Positions 32,561 through 46,589 of a stretch of 64,000 nucleotides of DNA are shown here, piece after piece. How positions within the stretch are numbered: the stretch's first letter is position 1; each line of letters starts with the position of its first letter. The stretch comes from the human T2T-CHM13v2.0 reference genome, Homo sapiens. A program made the translations under genes and the position numbers. The DNA lies in assembly GCF_009914755.1 (NCBI RefSeq), contig NC_060926.1; one strand, given 5' to 3'. Below the pieces are notes generated by a model. That model was given only the letters and a program-made list of their open reading frames with translations, searched no databases and had not been told where the DNA came from.

Positions 32561-33655
32561 GTTGACATCTTTTGCCATCCAGCTCCTGGGCAGCAGCATG
32601 ATGTAGAGGCTGAGCACTGGCTCCCAACTCCGAAGCCTGGGCTCTACTCCTCGAGTTACCAAGTAGCAGGAGAAGAACCTTGCTTAGCTTGTCTTTGCTT
32701 CCGTTGCCCCATATGTGAAGTGGTGATGGTAAGAACAGTTTTGACTGTAGTGACTGCTGTGAAGATTAGGCAGCGTAAGAGATTTATGTTGTTGAACCAG
32801 TGCCTGCTCGTAAAGGCCCAAATGAAGAATGTTGCAATGACTCTGTGTGCACACAGAGAGGCCTTTCCTTCTTTAGCAAATTTTATCAAAGTAAATATCC
32901 AGGAGTTGAATTACAGGGTCTAAGTTTCTGAGCACTTTATGGCTTTCAAAATATATTGCCAATTTGCTTTCCAAGAAGGTTATTCAGTTTCCTCTCCCTC
33001 TAAGACAGGAGCACACTGAGGTCACCCAATATTTGTTCTGGTCATTGACATTTTTTGTTAATACATTGCCCATAAAATGTCACGTATTATTGTTTGGGCT
33101 GCCATTTCTCCAGGAACTATTGAGGCTGAGCATTTTCCTTTTGTGTGTTTCTTGGCCTTTGGGGTCCTGGTGTTTTGCCTAATGATTTGCATGAAAATTT
33201 TGGATAATATATAAAGTAGCTCATCTATGTTTCTCAGTCTATTCTTTACATTTTGTTTCTCTTGCTGCTTACTGTACTTTGGTAACATGTAGCAGAAAAA
33301 GTGTCCCTCATTCATATAATCTTTTCGAAGGGACACTACCAGGTTTTACCCAGTTTGGGGTCTAGGATGAAGATGACGACAATAATGACAACTAGCATTT
33401 ATTGAGCATTTACTATATGCCAGGCACTGTGGTAGGAGCTTAACATTCTTTATCTTATTTAATTATTATAAACTTATTATTAGGTACTACAGATCCACAG
33501 TCCCTTATCTGAAACCCTTGGGGCCAGATGTATTTTTCAATTTGGGTCTTCCATGTTTGAGAAAAGTAACATGGGATATATGCCATATATTACGTAACAC
33601 CCTTAGCAGGGTCTTGGGAGAATACCCCAAATCAAGTGCATTAACATATCTGTAG

Positions 33656-33687
<32 letters not shown>

Positions 33688-33692
33688 ACACA
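33656..33692. repeat. (CA)n microsatellite
   Basis: Directly visible. Confidence 0.9.
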
Positions 33693-34414
33693 AGCAAAAG
33701 AGATAAATGAAGATTACAAATTGCTTCAAATTCAGATCCATTCTTGCTGACCTGAATTACTGTTTTTAAATAGCTTAAGAACTTTCTGCCTTCACCAGTT
33801 TCGCGGATGAAGACACAGACTCAGGGAGTTGAACCTGCCCAGGGTTCCCCTGCTCCCAGTGATGAGGTCGAGGAACCGGCTCTTCCGGCCCACGCCCCGG
33901 ACCTCGCCCAAGCCTGCTTCCCGCGCCGTCTTATCTGCGTTTGGACTGGGAGCTGCTTCTTGCCTTTCCTGCTTCCTGGACCTCTCTGGAGCGTTGGCTG
34001 GGGAGCCGCAGCCACAGCCTTGACCCAGGGCCTCCGAAGCCGCGGCTTAAACGGAGGTTGCACCATCACCGGCTGCGGGGCCGGGCGTGCTGGGCCTCAC
34101 CGTTCCCGGTGCGGGTCTGAAGCTCCTTCTTCCTCCATGAACACAGTGAGCCCGTGGCCTGCCCGTCAGAGCCGCCCTCTCTAGGGGTCCCCACGCCAGA
34201 GCTGCTGTCGCTCCTCCTTTCCAGGTGGCATGTCCTCGCTCGACGAGGCCCACGTGTGGGTGCCCTTGGTGGTCCTAGCCCGGGATGGCTCCGTGAAGGG
34301 GGTATGGTCGTCACCTCTGGCCTCTTCTCAGGGGTTTTGGGGCTGGGGTCTGGAGAACAGTCACCTCCGAGTTGTGCAGAAGCCACTGCCGGCTCGTCTC
34401 AGTGTACCAGCCCA

Positions 34415-34640
34415 GGAGTGTGTGCATATGACACGTATGCATGTGATGAGTTTACATGTGGTGTGTGTGAGGTGCATCTGATATGTGCTGTAGGTGTAAT
34501 GAGTGTGTATGTGACATGTGTGCACGTGAGGTGTGACAAGAGTGCATGTGCCGTGTGTTTGTGGTATGTCTGCATGTGATGAGTCTGTGGATACTTGTGT
34601 GATGGGTGCCTGTGTGATGTGTGTGTGATGAGTGTGTGTA
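34415..34640. repeat. Degenerate TG-rich low-complexity tract
   Basis: Directly visible. Confidence 0.8.
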
Positions 34641-35309
34641 GCGTTCATCATGGGAGTAGGGGGTGGGGGACGGGTCAGGAGGTGGACAGAGTCTAGGGAA
34701 GCGTTGACGCAATTCATCAAAACGAACCTCTCCTTGGTGCTGTGTCCTGCACCCATCTCTCTCCTCCTCCCCTCACAGGCCGGTACCCTCCCCTGTCTTT
34801 TGCCACTGCGTCCTCTGCACTCAGGGAAAAGCACCATTGCTCCCCTGGCCTCAGCCTTACCGCCTCCAGGTGCAAGGCTGGCGGTAGAAAGTGGGCCTGG
34901 CCTGTGCGGGCAGTGCAGGCTGATTAAGAGAATTAAGATTCAACTCTTGTCCAGCATTGCGCTGGCCAGAGCATAACTGGGCTGCATGTGCCTCGTGGCA
35001 GAGTGTGCATGGCCGTTTCCCGGCAAGCCACATGGTCTGGCTTGGCCAGAGGCAGGAGGGGACGCCAGCAGCCCACTGGCTTTCCAGAGTCTGCAGAAGC
35101 TGCTGTCAGTGTCAACAGCTGCTCCCTGCCTGGGAGAGAATGGAGAATCTTACTACAGCTCACGTGAGGCACCGATTTGGTCAGCTTCTGGGGCACTGCT
35201 GATTTGTCATTTGAGGAAATTTATAGGACACCTGAGCATAAAACTACAGAAGAGTGTTGTGGGCTTTCAGGACAGCAGGAAAGCAATGATGATAGCCATG
35301 CAACAACAG

Positions 35310-35520
35310 TAACAACAGAAATCGTGCCAGCAAAAATTTATTGAGCATCTACTACGCACCAGGTTCTGTGCTAAGCACTTTAGTCTCAGGCAACACTAAG
35401 AGATGGGTGCTGTTCTTTATCTCCACTACACAGACGAGGGAGCCTGAGGCTAGGAGGGGTCACGTGGCTTCCCTGCGCTTGATGGTTCTCAGCAGAGCAG
35501 GGGTTGATAGAAGTCGCCCT
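35310..35520 (-). mobile_element. MIR in NTSR2 3' UTR
   Basis: atttattgagcatctacta...tgtgctaagcacttt...acagacgagggagcctgaggct is the reverse complement of the MIR 3' half. Confidence 0.7.
35337..35342 (-). terminator. NTSR2: NTSR2 poly(A) signal AATAAA, inside a MIR 3' end
   Basis: tttatt on +; first canonical hexamer, about 280 nt after the stop. Confidence 0.7.
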
Positions 35521-35622
35521 GGCTGCGAAGCTTGAATGATTAGTGATGAGGTTGCTCACCTGCTTTGCCAGGTGACTAAGCAGCTGGTCATTTTGCTTGT
35601 TCTGTTCATTCTTGCATTACAT

Positions 35623-35866
35623 TCAGGTCCGGGTTTCTGGGGGATCCCCAAAGCCTGAAGCTGTATCCATTAGGGTGGGACTCTGGGGCTTCGGGGGTAA
35701 CCGCTTCATGGGGTGGTGCTCTCCACACAGGGAGCTGACGGCTTCCAGGAAGAGTTTTCTGAAGGAGGAGGACACGGCGTTGTAGAGAAGAGGAGTCACA
35801 GCTGAGCTGACGTAGAAAAGTGTGTTGGTCACCATGTAGAAGTAGTGGTAGAAATTGTACAGTGGG
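35623..35866 (-). CDS. NTSR2: NTSR2 exon 4 CDS (PLYNFYH...TPLLY...PETRT*; TM7 and tail)
   Basis: ttgcag|C acceptor; TGA at 35625-35623; the four exons total 410 aa. Confidence 0.96.
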
Positions 35867-35999
35867 CTGCAAGAGAAACCCGGGAGCCTGGTTAGAGGAC
35901 CTGTCACCTCCTCACAGTGTCCACTTCCTACTGGAGAATGCCTCTCCTCCAGAGGGCTGCATGACGAAGCCTATTTTCTGCTATCAGGAAGCACAGTGT

Positions 36000-36296
36000 T
36001 TTTGTTTGTTTGTTTGTTTTTGAGACGGAGTCTTGCTCTGTCTCCCAGGCTGGAGTGCAATGGCATGGCTCACTGCAACCTCCGCCTTCTGAGCTCAAGC
36101 AATTCTCCTGCCTACAGTCCTGAATAGCTGGGACTACAGGCACACACCACCATGCCCAGCCAATTTTTGTATTTTTAGTAGAGACGCGGTTTCACCATGT
36201 TGGCCAGACTGGTCTTGAACTGCTGACCTCAGGTGATCCACCTGCCTTAGCCTCCCAAAGTGCTGAGATTACAGGCATGAGCCACCGTGCCCAGCC
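36000..36296 (-). mobile_element. AluS (NTSR2 intron 3)
   Basis: Antisense on +; TSD aggaagcaca. Confidence 0.9.
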
Positions 36297-37186
36297 AGGA
36301 AGCACAATGTAAATTCCATAAATGTTTCATCACCAGCAGCTGACGCCCTCCACCCAGCCTCTATGATCTGCCATCCCTGGCTGTGGTTCCTGGTCACCTC
36401 ATGGTAAGGTGACACTGCTGACTGACAGGGGCCATCTGTCCAGCCACTGAGGCCCCGGGTGCCCCGGACTGCTGCGTGTGGTCAGGAGATGTGGCTGCAC
36501 TAAGAGCCGAAGTTCCGTCTGAGGAGCCGCACTCCTTGCTGCAGGTTCTCTGCAGTGGGAAGCGCTTGGCACGAGCTCATGTTGCCCGTGCAAGTGTAAG
36601 GGGTGCTGGTGCCTCCTGAGGAGGAGGCATCTGTCACATGGCTCTTTCTGTGGAGGCTTCCTGGGACCTCGATTCTTTTGGATGTTTGATTCCCACTTAT
36701 GATTGGGGCACAGTGATTTCTGAAAGGCAGATTATGAATTCTCTCATCTTCTCCAACCATGTCATAAAAGGGGGTGCATGTCTTGGTCTCTGCCAAGGGG
36801 ACCTTTGTTAGCTCCTGGGGTCGCACCTTTGTGTCTTCCTCACACTCTCCTTGGAATAGGAGAGGAAGGAGAGAGAGAGGAAGCCTCAGAAGCATGGCCC
36901 GTGCTCCCTCTTCCCAGGCTGAGGCTTCTCTTTCTCCTGTAGTGAGAATCCCACAGTCTTGGCTAGGCCTCTTACGCACACGGCCTTACCAGGTCAGATA
37001 CAATGTTCTGTTCCCCATCCCTGGCTGGGAGATTTCAAGGCACAGACTGCACGGGACCAGGTGGAATGCGGTCCAGGATTCCAGAGGACCCAGCAATGGA
37101 GGGTCCCTCTGGAGAGCAATGGAGACCCCAGGCCTAGCCCAGTTGGGCCCCCTCCCTGTGTGCTAGGGTCCTTCTGCCACACTCAC

Positions 37187-37277
37187 TCAGTCCACGCGTC
37201 ATCAGGTACGTAGCAGTACATGAGCCTGCGGGCATGGTACGGCAGCCAGCAGATGACATACATGACCACGATGGCTC
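37187..37277 (-). CDS. NTSR2: NTSR2 exon 3 (RAIVVMYVICWLPYHARR...AWTD; TM6)
   Basis: ctgcag|GA and ACTGA|gtgagt; 91 nt, phase 1/2; CWLP motif. Confidence 0.95.
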
Positions 37278-37593
37278 CTGCAGAGCATTGGAAAGGGAGA
37301 GACAGCGCCAGGAGAAAGCAAACACATTCTCAGTTACACCATTGCAAAGGGAGGCTGATGCCCGAGGGGATAGCAGCATTTCCCTCTAACTTGGTCCTGG
37401 AGTCAAGGGTTGGAAGGAGGCTTTGAGGTTATCTGATATATCCCGACCTGAATCTCTTCTCAAACCTCATGTGATCCTGTCCTCTGGATAAGTGTCCACT
37501 CTGGCCATGAGCAGGACACAGCATGCTTCTAGGACCTCCTCCTGGCCACTAGAATATACTCCCAACCCAGGGCTAGATATCCCTACCAGGTTA

Positions 37594-37988
<395 letters not shown>

Positions 37989-38204
37989 TCAAGCCATAAG
38001 CCAGAGACTCCTATTTTTCTGTTCCTTTCTATATCCAGTCTATTGAAAAGTTCCTTCTTAGCATCTCTCCTCTGTGCTTTCCCTGCTCTCACTGCTACCT
38101 CCCTAAGAGACTCTTACCGCCTCTGTACTGGACTATGACGAGTTTCCCAACCTCCCACCCCTTCCCTCTCCTGCTTCTACTCTGCTCTGACTGGCAAAGC
38201 CATC

Positions 38205-38345
38205 ATCTAGCCCAGGGTAGCCCCTGGACCAGCAGTGTCAACATCAGTGAGAAGCCTGGTAGAAGTGCAGAATCTTGGGCCCCGCGGCTTGCATTTTACA
38301 ACTCTCCAGATCATTCTTAACACACACTGAAGTTTGAGAGGCACC
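38205..38345. mobile_element. MER5A-like hAT MITE
   Basis: cctggaccagcag...tgcagaatct...cactgaagtttgaga. Confidence 0.6.
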
Positions 38346-39110
38346 GTTTAGCCCATTCTCCAAAGAGCTGAGCGCAATAGGTCTCAAAAGCAAATCTCCC
38401 GTCACTTATGGACATCAACTTTTTCAATGACTGACCATCGTCCCTAAAATGAAGTCTGACACCTTCATGTGCTGACTTTGTGTTACTTATCACATCACAT
38501 TGCACTTAGCTCTTGCATCTCTGTCCATACACAAGACTGTGACATTGATGACAGCAGAGGGCCTGTCTTGTACTTGATCCTTCCATACCCTAGCTAGTGC
38601 CTGGGTTATGGTGGGTGCTTGGAGAGACCTCTGCTCTCCTGTGCCTTTTGGAGTTTCTCTTACAAGGCCAAATTTTCCCAGAGACTTACAAAACAAGAAA
38701 GCAAACAGATCAGTGTTGTAGGAGGGAAAATGGAGTTTGAAGGGACTGGATTTAGGTACCCAGCCCATCTGAGAGTCCACAATTTGCAGCCGCAGTCTTT
38801 AACCATAACTGCTCCTCATGTTCATCCACACCGCCAGACTCACTGAAAAGTGGTCAGGTCTCTGTTTGCCTGTGTGTGCTATTCCCTGGAGCAGATCAGA
38901 GGCTTCATGTACAGAATTCCTATTCTTTCCTTTAATTATAGCACCGAACCCTACAGGAAGTCTGTTGGTTATACAGTTCCCCTGGGGCATAGGGTAAAGG
39001 AAGCCTTGAGAGAGGTAGTGACTTGCTGAGGTCACCCGGCCAGGGATTGGTGGAGGCAGCCCTGGAACTTAGGCCCCTTTCTTCTGGGGTGATGTTACAG
39101 AGGACTTAAC

Positions 39111-39384
39111 TGAGAACCTGGACGCTGCGCTGGAGGCTGCGGATCCGGCGCACGTCTTTATGTCTCACCAGGCTGACCTGGCCTCCCTGGATAAAGGTCT
39201 TCTTCCATACGATGAAGCTGAGGAGACCCTCCTCACTCAGCAGCTCCAGGCGGCTGGGGGTGGAGCTGCCCGGGGTAGAAGTGGACGGCACTTGGGAGCA
39301 GAGGGCCAGCAGGTGGCTCACTGTGACCCCATTCAGGAAAGCAGTTAGTGCCAAGGGGAGCACGAAGGACACCAGCACATTCAC
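39111..39384 (-). CDS. NTSR2: NTSR2 exon 2 (VNVLVSF...SVQVL; TM5 and ICL3)
   Basis: ccacag|GTG and CTCA|gttaagt; 274 nt, phase 0/1. Confidence 0.95.
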
Positions 39385-39643
39385 CTGTGGAGGTAATGCC
39401 AAGGGCTATGGGGCAGCGCCAGGGCCCTGCGGCCCTCGCCATCTGGCTGTGCCCCAGACCCGGAATCTGCATCAGCAGAAGGAGCGGCAGAAGGGTTAGA
39501 AGATAAGGTTGAGAAAGTTCTCAAAAAGTGAGGAGAGAGAAAATAAAATTTCGGATTAGTATAGGATGTTCATAATAGGGGTTCCAGGAAGAAAAAAAAT
39601 AGAGAAAACAGAGGGGAGGAAATTTTATTTAAAAATGCATTCA

Positions 39644-40025
<382 letters not shown>

Positions 40026-41270
40026 TCATAGCAAGTCTCATTCTTATGACATTTAGCATCTTAGGTATAAAGAGAAGATCTTGAAAGCTTCCAGACAGAT
40101 AAAACAGGTCACATAGATAGGATGGAAAACCAGAATGACATTCACTTCTTAAAAGCAATGGTGGAAGCTAGAAAATCATGAGCAGTGCTTTACAATTTGT
40201 GAGAAAAATGGCTTCCATCTTAGAATTTTATACCCAGCCATATTATGACAAACATGAGGATAAAAGAAAACAATTTTTGACATGCAAATTCTCAATTTTT
40301 TTTTACCCTCTATGGACCCTTCCTCAGGTCTCAGGAGATTAAAAGAACATGTTCTAGACAAATAAGGTTATAAGCCAATAAAGAGGAAGACCTGTCATTC
40401 AAAATGGGGTATCCTACACAGGACCCACCGAGGGATGGAAGGGAGCTCCCAGGGGGCCCCCGTGCAGATGAGACTTCCCTATGGTCCCCCTGTGCACCAG
40501 AGAGCAACCAGTGGGACTGGAGCAGGAGACCAGAGAGCTCCAGGGAGAACTGAAAAATAAAAGATGAAACTGGTAGATTATCTAATGGATCAGAACATAT
40601 TGAAAGGGCATTTACGCTTGTGATAGAGGAGCTGAAAATGAACTACAAATAGGTACTTAAAAAACTATGCAAATGAAAAAAAAGGCCATACATTATTAAC
40701 CGCAAAGAAAACAAAAGTCCTTGGATTAGAAAGAAAATACAACACATGGGTCATCTGTGAAGAATGTTTACATAGTCACAATTACATAAATACTGAACAT
40801 AAATTTAACCCAGCACAGGGATAGAATTACACTGGAAGGAGGATGGGGCCAGTGTGTGTTGAGGTGATGGTGACAGAAGGCAGGGACAGGAATGTGGGAG
40901 AGTGAAATGCTCATTTTCTGTAGATATAAGACAGTGGATACAATTTAAAACAGAAATAAAGCTAGTATGCTCTTTAGAAATATGGAGGCAAAGAGGACAA
41001 GCGACAAGAACACATGGTATTTGCCTCTCAACTAGAGAAATAGAGAAATGAATCAGAGTATGGAGAATGATGGGACTGCTGTTTTCCATCACACACCTTG
41101 GGTTATCATCATTGATACTATGTGACTTAGAAAAATGAATTTATTTATATAATACCCTGTGTTTTAAATGTTTACTTTTAAAAATTCAAAATCAATGTGT
41201 TCTAGGGTTTCCCCTCATCAGTTCTAAGGCTCTCTTCCACCTTTCCCTTAGCAAACATTTTAAACACTGA

Positions 41271-41560
<290 letters not shown>

Positions 41561-41699
41561 CTAACTGAATGATATTTAATACCACTTTAAAATCAGTATG
41601 AACTATCTGAATTGGACCCTGTGCCTTTTTATGGAGTTATCATTCATGCCTTTTTATCTTAATGCTTGCTCACAAATCAGCAACACTGAGGGAAAAATA

Positions 41700-43135
41700 A
41701 AACACTACCTGTGACCATCAATTTAGTTTGTTGACGAACCAAACAGGTTTATATCAGTAATGACATACTTAATTACTCTCAATTTGTAGCTTTAATACCA
41801 GTCAAGACAAAGATCAAAATTAAAAATATATTTATGCATTAGTAATTAATCTTTGGGAGTTTTAAAATCTTTCTGGGAAAACTATAGTTTTTCGTACTTT
41901 CAAAAACTGTAAGCAATTTTCTTGGACCAAAAAAACACTGGTTAATATAAACAGTGAATCAACTCACTGATAAAATATTAGAATCAAAATAATCCTAATT
42001 TGAGTCTGGTTATTTTGTTGTGTTAACATACACTGTATGTTTCAATTGAAACATTTTTAAACGCACTATTTGTCAAAAGATGCTGTTAGACTGACAGAAT
42101 TCATTTCACAGCTTCATTGCCCTGGCCAGGTTGAACCATGTCAAGGAAACTGTGAGCAGCATATTCAAAACACAAACATTGCTTGGCACTTTGGCACTGT
42201 TTTTTTTTTTTTTTTTTTTTTTTTTTTCCAAGCTTGTCTCCCAGTTAGGAACAGCCTGGAAGTCACTAGTCCAGACTGTGACAAGTGGTGGAACCCGGCT
42301 CCCAGGCATTGTGGAAATACGGTTCATTGTCACAGCCACGCCAGGCCTCGGCGGAGAACTGCGCAGCCAGGTCTGAGCGGCAATGCGCTGGCTCTTCTGC
42401 TGCAGCTGGGGACCACGTGCAGGCAGCTGGGAGGTAGATTCCTGTACCTGCTGCTCTGTGCTTAGTGCTGGCTTGTCATGGGGCTAGAGGTTACTAGTGT
42501 GGATGATAAAAAATATTCGTTCTGACATTAGTAGTTCTGCAAATACACACGCTATAGCCCATGTATCAGCAGCTCTGGAATAATGTCTTGCCTCGATAAG
42601 TAGCTCTGGGACTCGGAATGTTGCAGCTGCTAGATCCAGATCTGCCCAAGGCTTCAAAGGTGAACAAAAAAATAGAGTGCCACTCATATCAGTGATTTGG
42701 ACTCGAATTTACTCAGGATCTTTACTCATAGTTAAAATATTGGCAGGTTCTACATACCTATGCAACTCCCAGTGGTCATGCAGGCAGCAAACTGCATCTA
42801 GGATGGGAGGTGATGATGACCTCACTATCCCCCAAGGTAACTGAGCTGGCTTCTTGTTTGTTAGTAGCTCTGCACCACTAGATTATAAGTCAGAGGTCAC
42901 ACAGAAGCCCTACTTCCATGTCAGCATGAGACAGAAAGACTTTCCGAAGAGGGAGGGCCCGTGGGTGCTCAAGCTTGTGAAGGAACCACCTTTCCTCTTG
43001 GCTTTGTAGACACGACCCCAAGTGCCTCAGCCTACTTTGCAGTCCTCAGATTCAAACAGGTCCTCAAGCGGCTCCCACTTGCTGGACAGCTTCAGTTTAA
43101 AGTCACAGTCCATGGTCACAGCCTCTGAGGCCAAG
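41700..43135 (-). pseudogene. CDK8P1: Processed CDK8 pseudogene in NTSR2 intron 1 (probably CDK8P1); 3' end approximate, may run past the Alu to ~41140
   Basis: ATG at 43113 gives [40 protein letters not shown] (CDK8: [41 protein letters not shown]). Also [10 protein letters not shown]...[27 protein letters not shown]. No introns, in-frame stop at 43029-43027, frameshifts, then CDK8-like 3' UTR. Confidence 0.9.
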
Positions 43136-43562
43136 AAACCAGGTCAAGACTGCAGGAAGGCACGCAGGCGCTTTAGCCCTTGGAATCCTGCTACCCAGCA
43201 GCAACAGCAGGACCTGAATCGATGTGGCAAAAGGAGGATGATACCCCTTGGTAGAGCTGAGGTACCAAGTGGCAGTGGGCCAAAGTGGTGGGGAGACCTG
43301 GGAAGATCTCCCAGGCAAAGAGAGCAGAGAGATGAGGTTGCGGGTCTCCAGCTGGTCGTCTCCTTGCCAGTCCTTCCAGCTGCTGCCCCAGAGGCCACAG
43401 GGACAGCTACTGTGGGGTTCCTCATCCTACCAAACTCTCACACCCCTTTGCTTACTCATGCTCAAATTTTTAAAAAATGTACATATATAACTTTGCTTAA
43501 ATAGTAAAGATGTTTTCAAAGCAAAAAATAAAATAAAAAACAACGAACAAAAAGTGAATCTA

Positions 43563-44075
<513 letters not shown>

Positions 44076-44489
44076 TCAGGTGGGAAGAAAAGGCAGGAAA
44101 GGAAAGAAGGTGAACGTTTGTTGAGGACCTGCAATATTCTGGGCAATTCCACATGATCTCATTGAATTATCACAGAGGATGCCAGCAGCCATGTTCTTGT
44201 CCTGTGGACAGACCTGGGCATGTGAACGCTACCCACAGACACCCAGAGGCCTCTTTCTGAGTCTGGGAAGAGCAGGAGCGAGAGGGGCTCCTGGGAGCCC
44301 TGAGCCCCTGACTCTGACCTGAGATCTCTGCCCCAACATCCTTGCTTCAATTTTTTATTTTGGCTGAAGTTGCCTCCAGTTCTGTTTCCATCATTTGCAA
44401 CATAGAGTTCTGACTACACCCCTCTCCAGCCTCTTTCCCCTTCCACAATGGCTAGAATTTTTATTCAGAAACAGATTATGAACTTTTAA

Positions 44490-44822
<333 letters not shown>

Positions 44823-46589
44823 TAAACAAGGAAACAAATAAATACATCTTCCTTAGGCATTTGGTCCCTCCATCCTTCTCTCCCTCTCTCCAGGCCAGAT
44901 CCCACCCTCCATACTCCACATCCACGGGAGACCTGTGTCCTGCTTCCAGGTGCGCATTGGAGCCCCCAGACCCACGGGAAAATCACTGCAGACAGTTGCT
45001 CATGGCAGATTCCATGTGATGAGCAAGGGATCTCTGGGCTGAGCCTGTCAGAAAGGAACTAGGGGAGGAAGACGTTGTTTAAAGAAATAAGAGGTGACAA
45101 GTTCAGTGGAGAGAAGGCCCTGTTGCCAGGACAGCCACTCCACAGAGGTACACTTCTGAGGATGACTCGGTGGCCTCTGTGGATTCCGGGGGCAGGACTG
45201 TGGGGCATGCTCAATATCTGGAAGGATTCTGGCCGTGGAAAGTCCCTCTCCCCTCCACAATGTTTAGATTGAATGGAAACAAAGCGGCTCCACTGAACAC
45301 CCACGAAATCTTAAGACGTTGCCTGCTTCATGGATTTCTCTTGGTCATGAATGAAAAGCAGGTTGGTGAGTGAACACCTTCCCTGAGGCCCTTCAGTCCT
45401 CTACCCCTGCCCAGGGGATGGATGAGCAGACACGAACAAAGGTGGGATCTTCAGGAACGAGGAGAGGGTATAGGAAGAGAGAGGGGACTTTAGCGAGGGC
45501 CCTTCGACTGTGTAGGCAGGCTGGGCTTCCATCTGCAGGAAGCAGCTTAACATGAGAGGGAGCCTCACCTGGGGACGTGCCACTAAGAAGCCGCTTAGGA
45601 GACTGCTTAGGACGAGTCCCCTAAGCAGCCTCTGCACCCTCCATGTGCCCTGATGAATTCACACAGTAAACGCTCCCACATACCCTCGTGTGCCAGTGTG
45701 CAGAGAAGGGGTCCTGGCTCCACTCTGCTTTGTTCCTTTAGGCTTCCTGGAGGCCCAGCAGGGCCTGGAGGGGCCTGTGCTTTCTCAGCCTTTCCCACTT
45801 CCCCAATGTGCTGGATACATGAGATCATGGTCTAATGTGACTAGAGCAAGCGACCAGAGGACACTGGCTTGTAGAACGATGCGGAAATGGAGACAGACAC
45901 TTCGAAAGGTGAGCATCACTTTCAGAAAATGCATTGTGAAGTGCTGCAAATACATCACATGCTGAGAGAATTCAGAAGACGGGAGAGTCCCTGGAGTTGG
46001 GGAGGAGGTGAGATCAGAGCTGCACTTTGGGGAATAAGAAGGGTTGGAATCAAAAGCAGAAGAATGAGCTTTTGACTTAAAAGCCAGAGGCTGGGCATGG
46101 TGTGGGGTTCGGGGAAAGCGGGAGCAAGAGGTGTGGGGGGACAAGTGGCCTGGAGGAGGCAAGGCTGCCAGGGAGACGGTAACAGGAAATGAGGTTAGAA
46201 GCCTGATCAGGCCTCTGGAAGAGAGGCCGGGAGTGCCTTCCCCGTCCCCACCCCACCTCCAGGGAGGCCCTCTCCAGAGCCGTCTGGGGAGCTCGTTGGA
46301 ACACAGACTTCGGGCTACTGAGGCAGGAACCTGGGTGGGTCATGGACTCCGGATTTTCACAGGCTCTGCAGGCAACTTTACGCCCAAATGTCTGAGCACC
46401 ACTCTCGCAAGAGTGGGAACACTGACTTTGGAGTTAATTTTGAATTGAAATCGGGACTTCTCTCAATGCTTCACTTTGGCCACGCCTCCCTCCTTCTAGT
46501 AAAATGGGACAGAGCAACAAGACCCAACTTGCTGGGTGGTGGCGAGCATTAGAGTCGAAAATGTCTGTTCCCCGGGGAGAGGGGGTTCC

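Noticed and set aside
33790-34400. Possible processed pseudogene in the CpG-rich patch
   Set aside because: No convincing protein match, poly(A) tail or TSD seen by eye
42484-42687. 67-aa kinase-like ORF as a functional microprotein
   Set aside because: Pseudogene remnant; the DMG and HRD motifs are degenerate and flanked by stops and frameshifts
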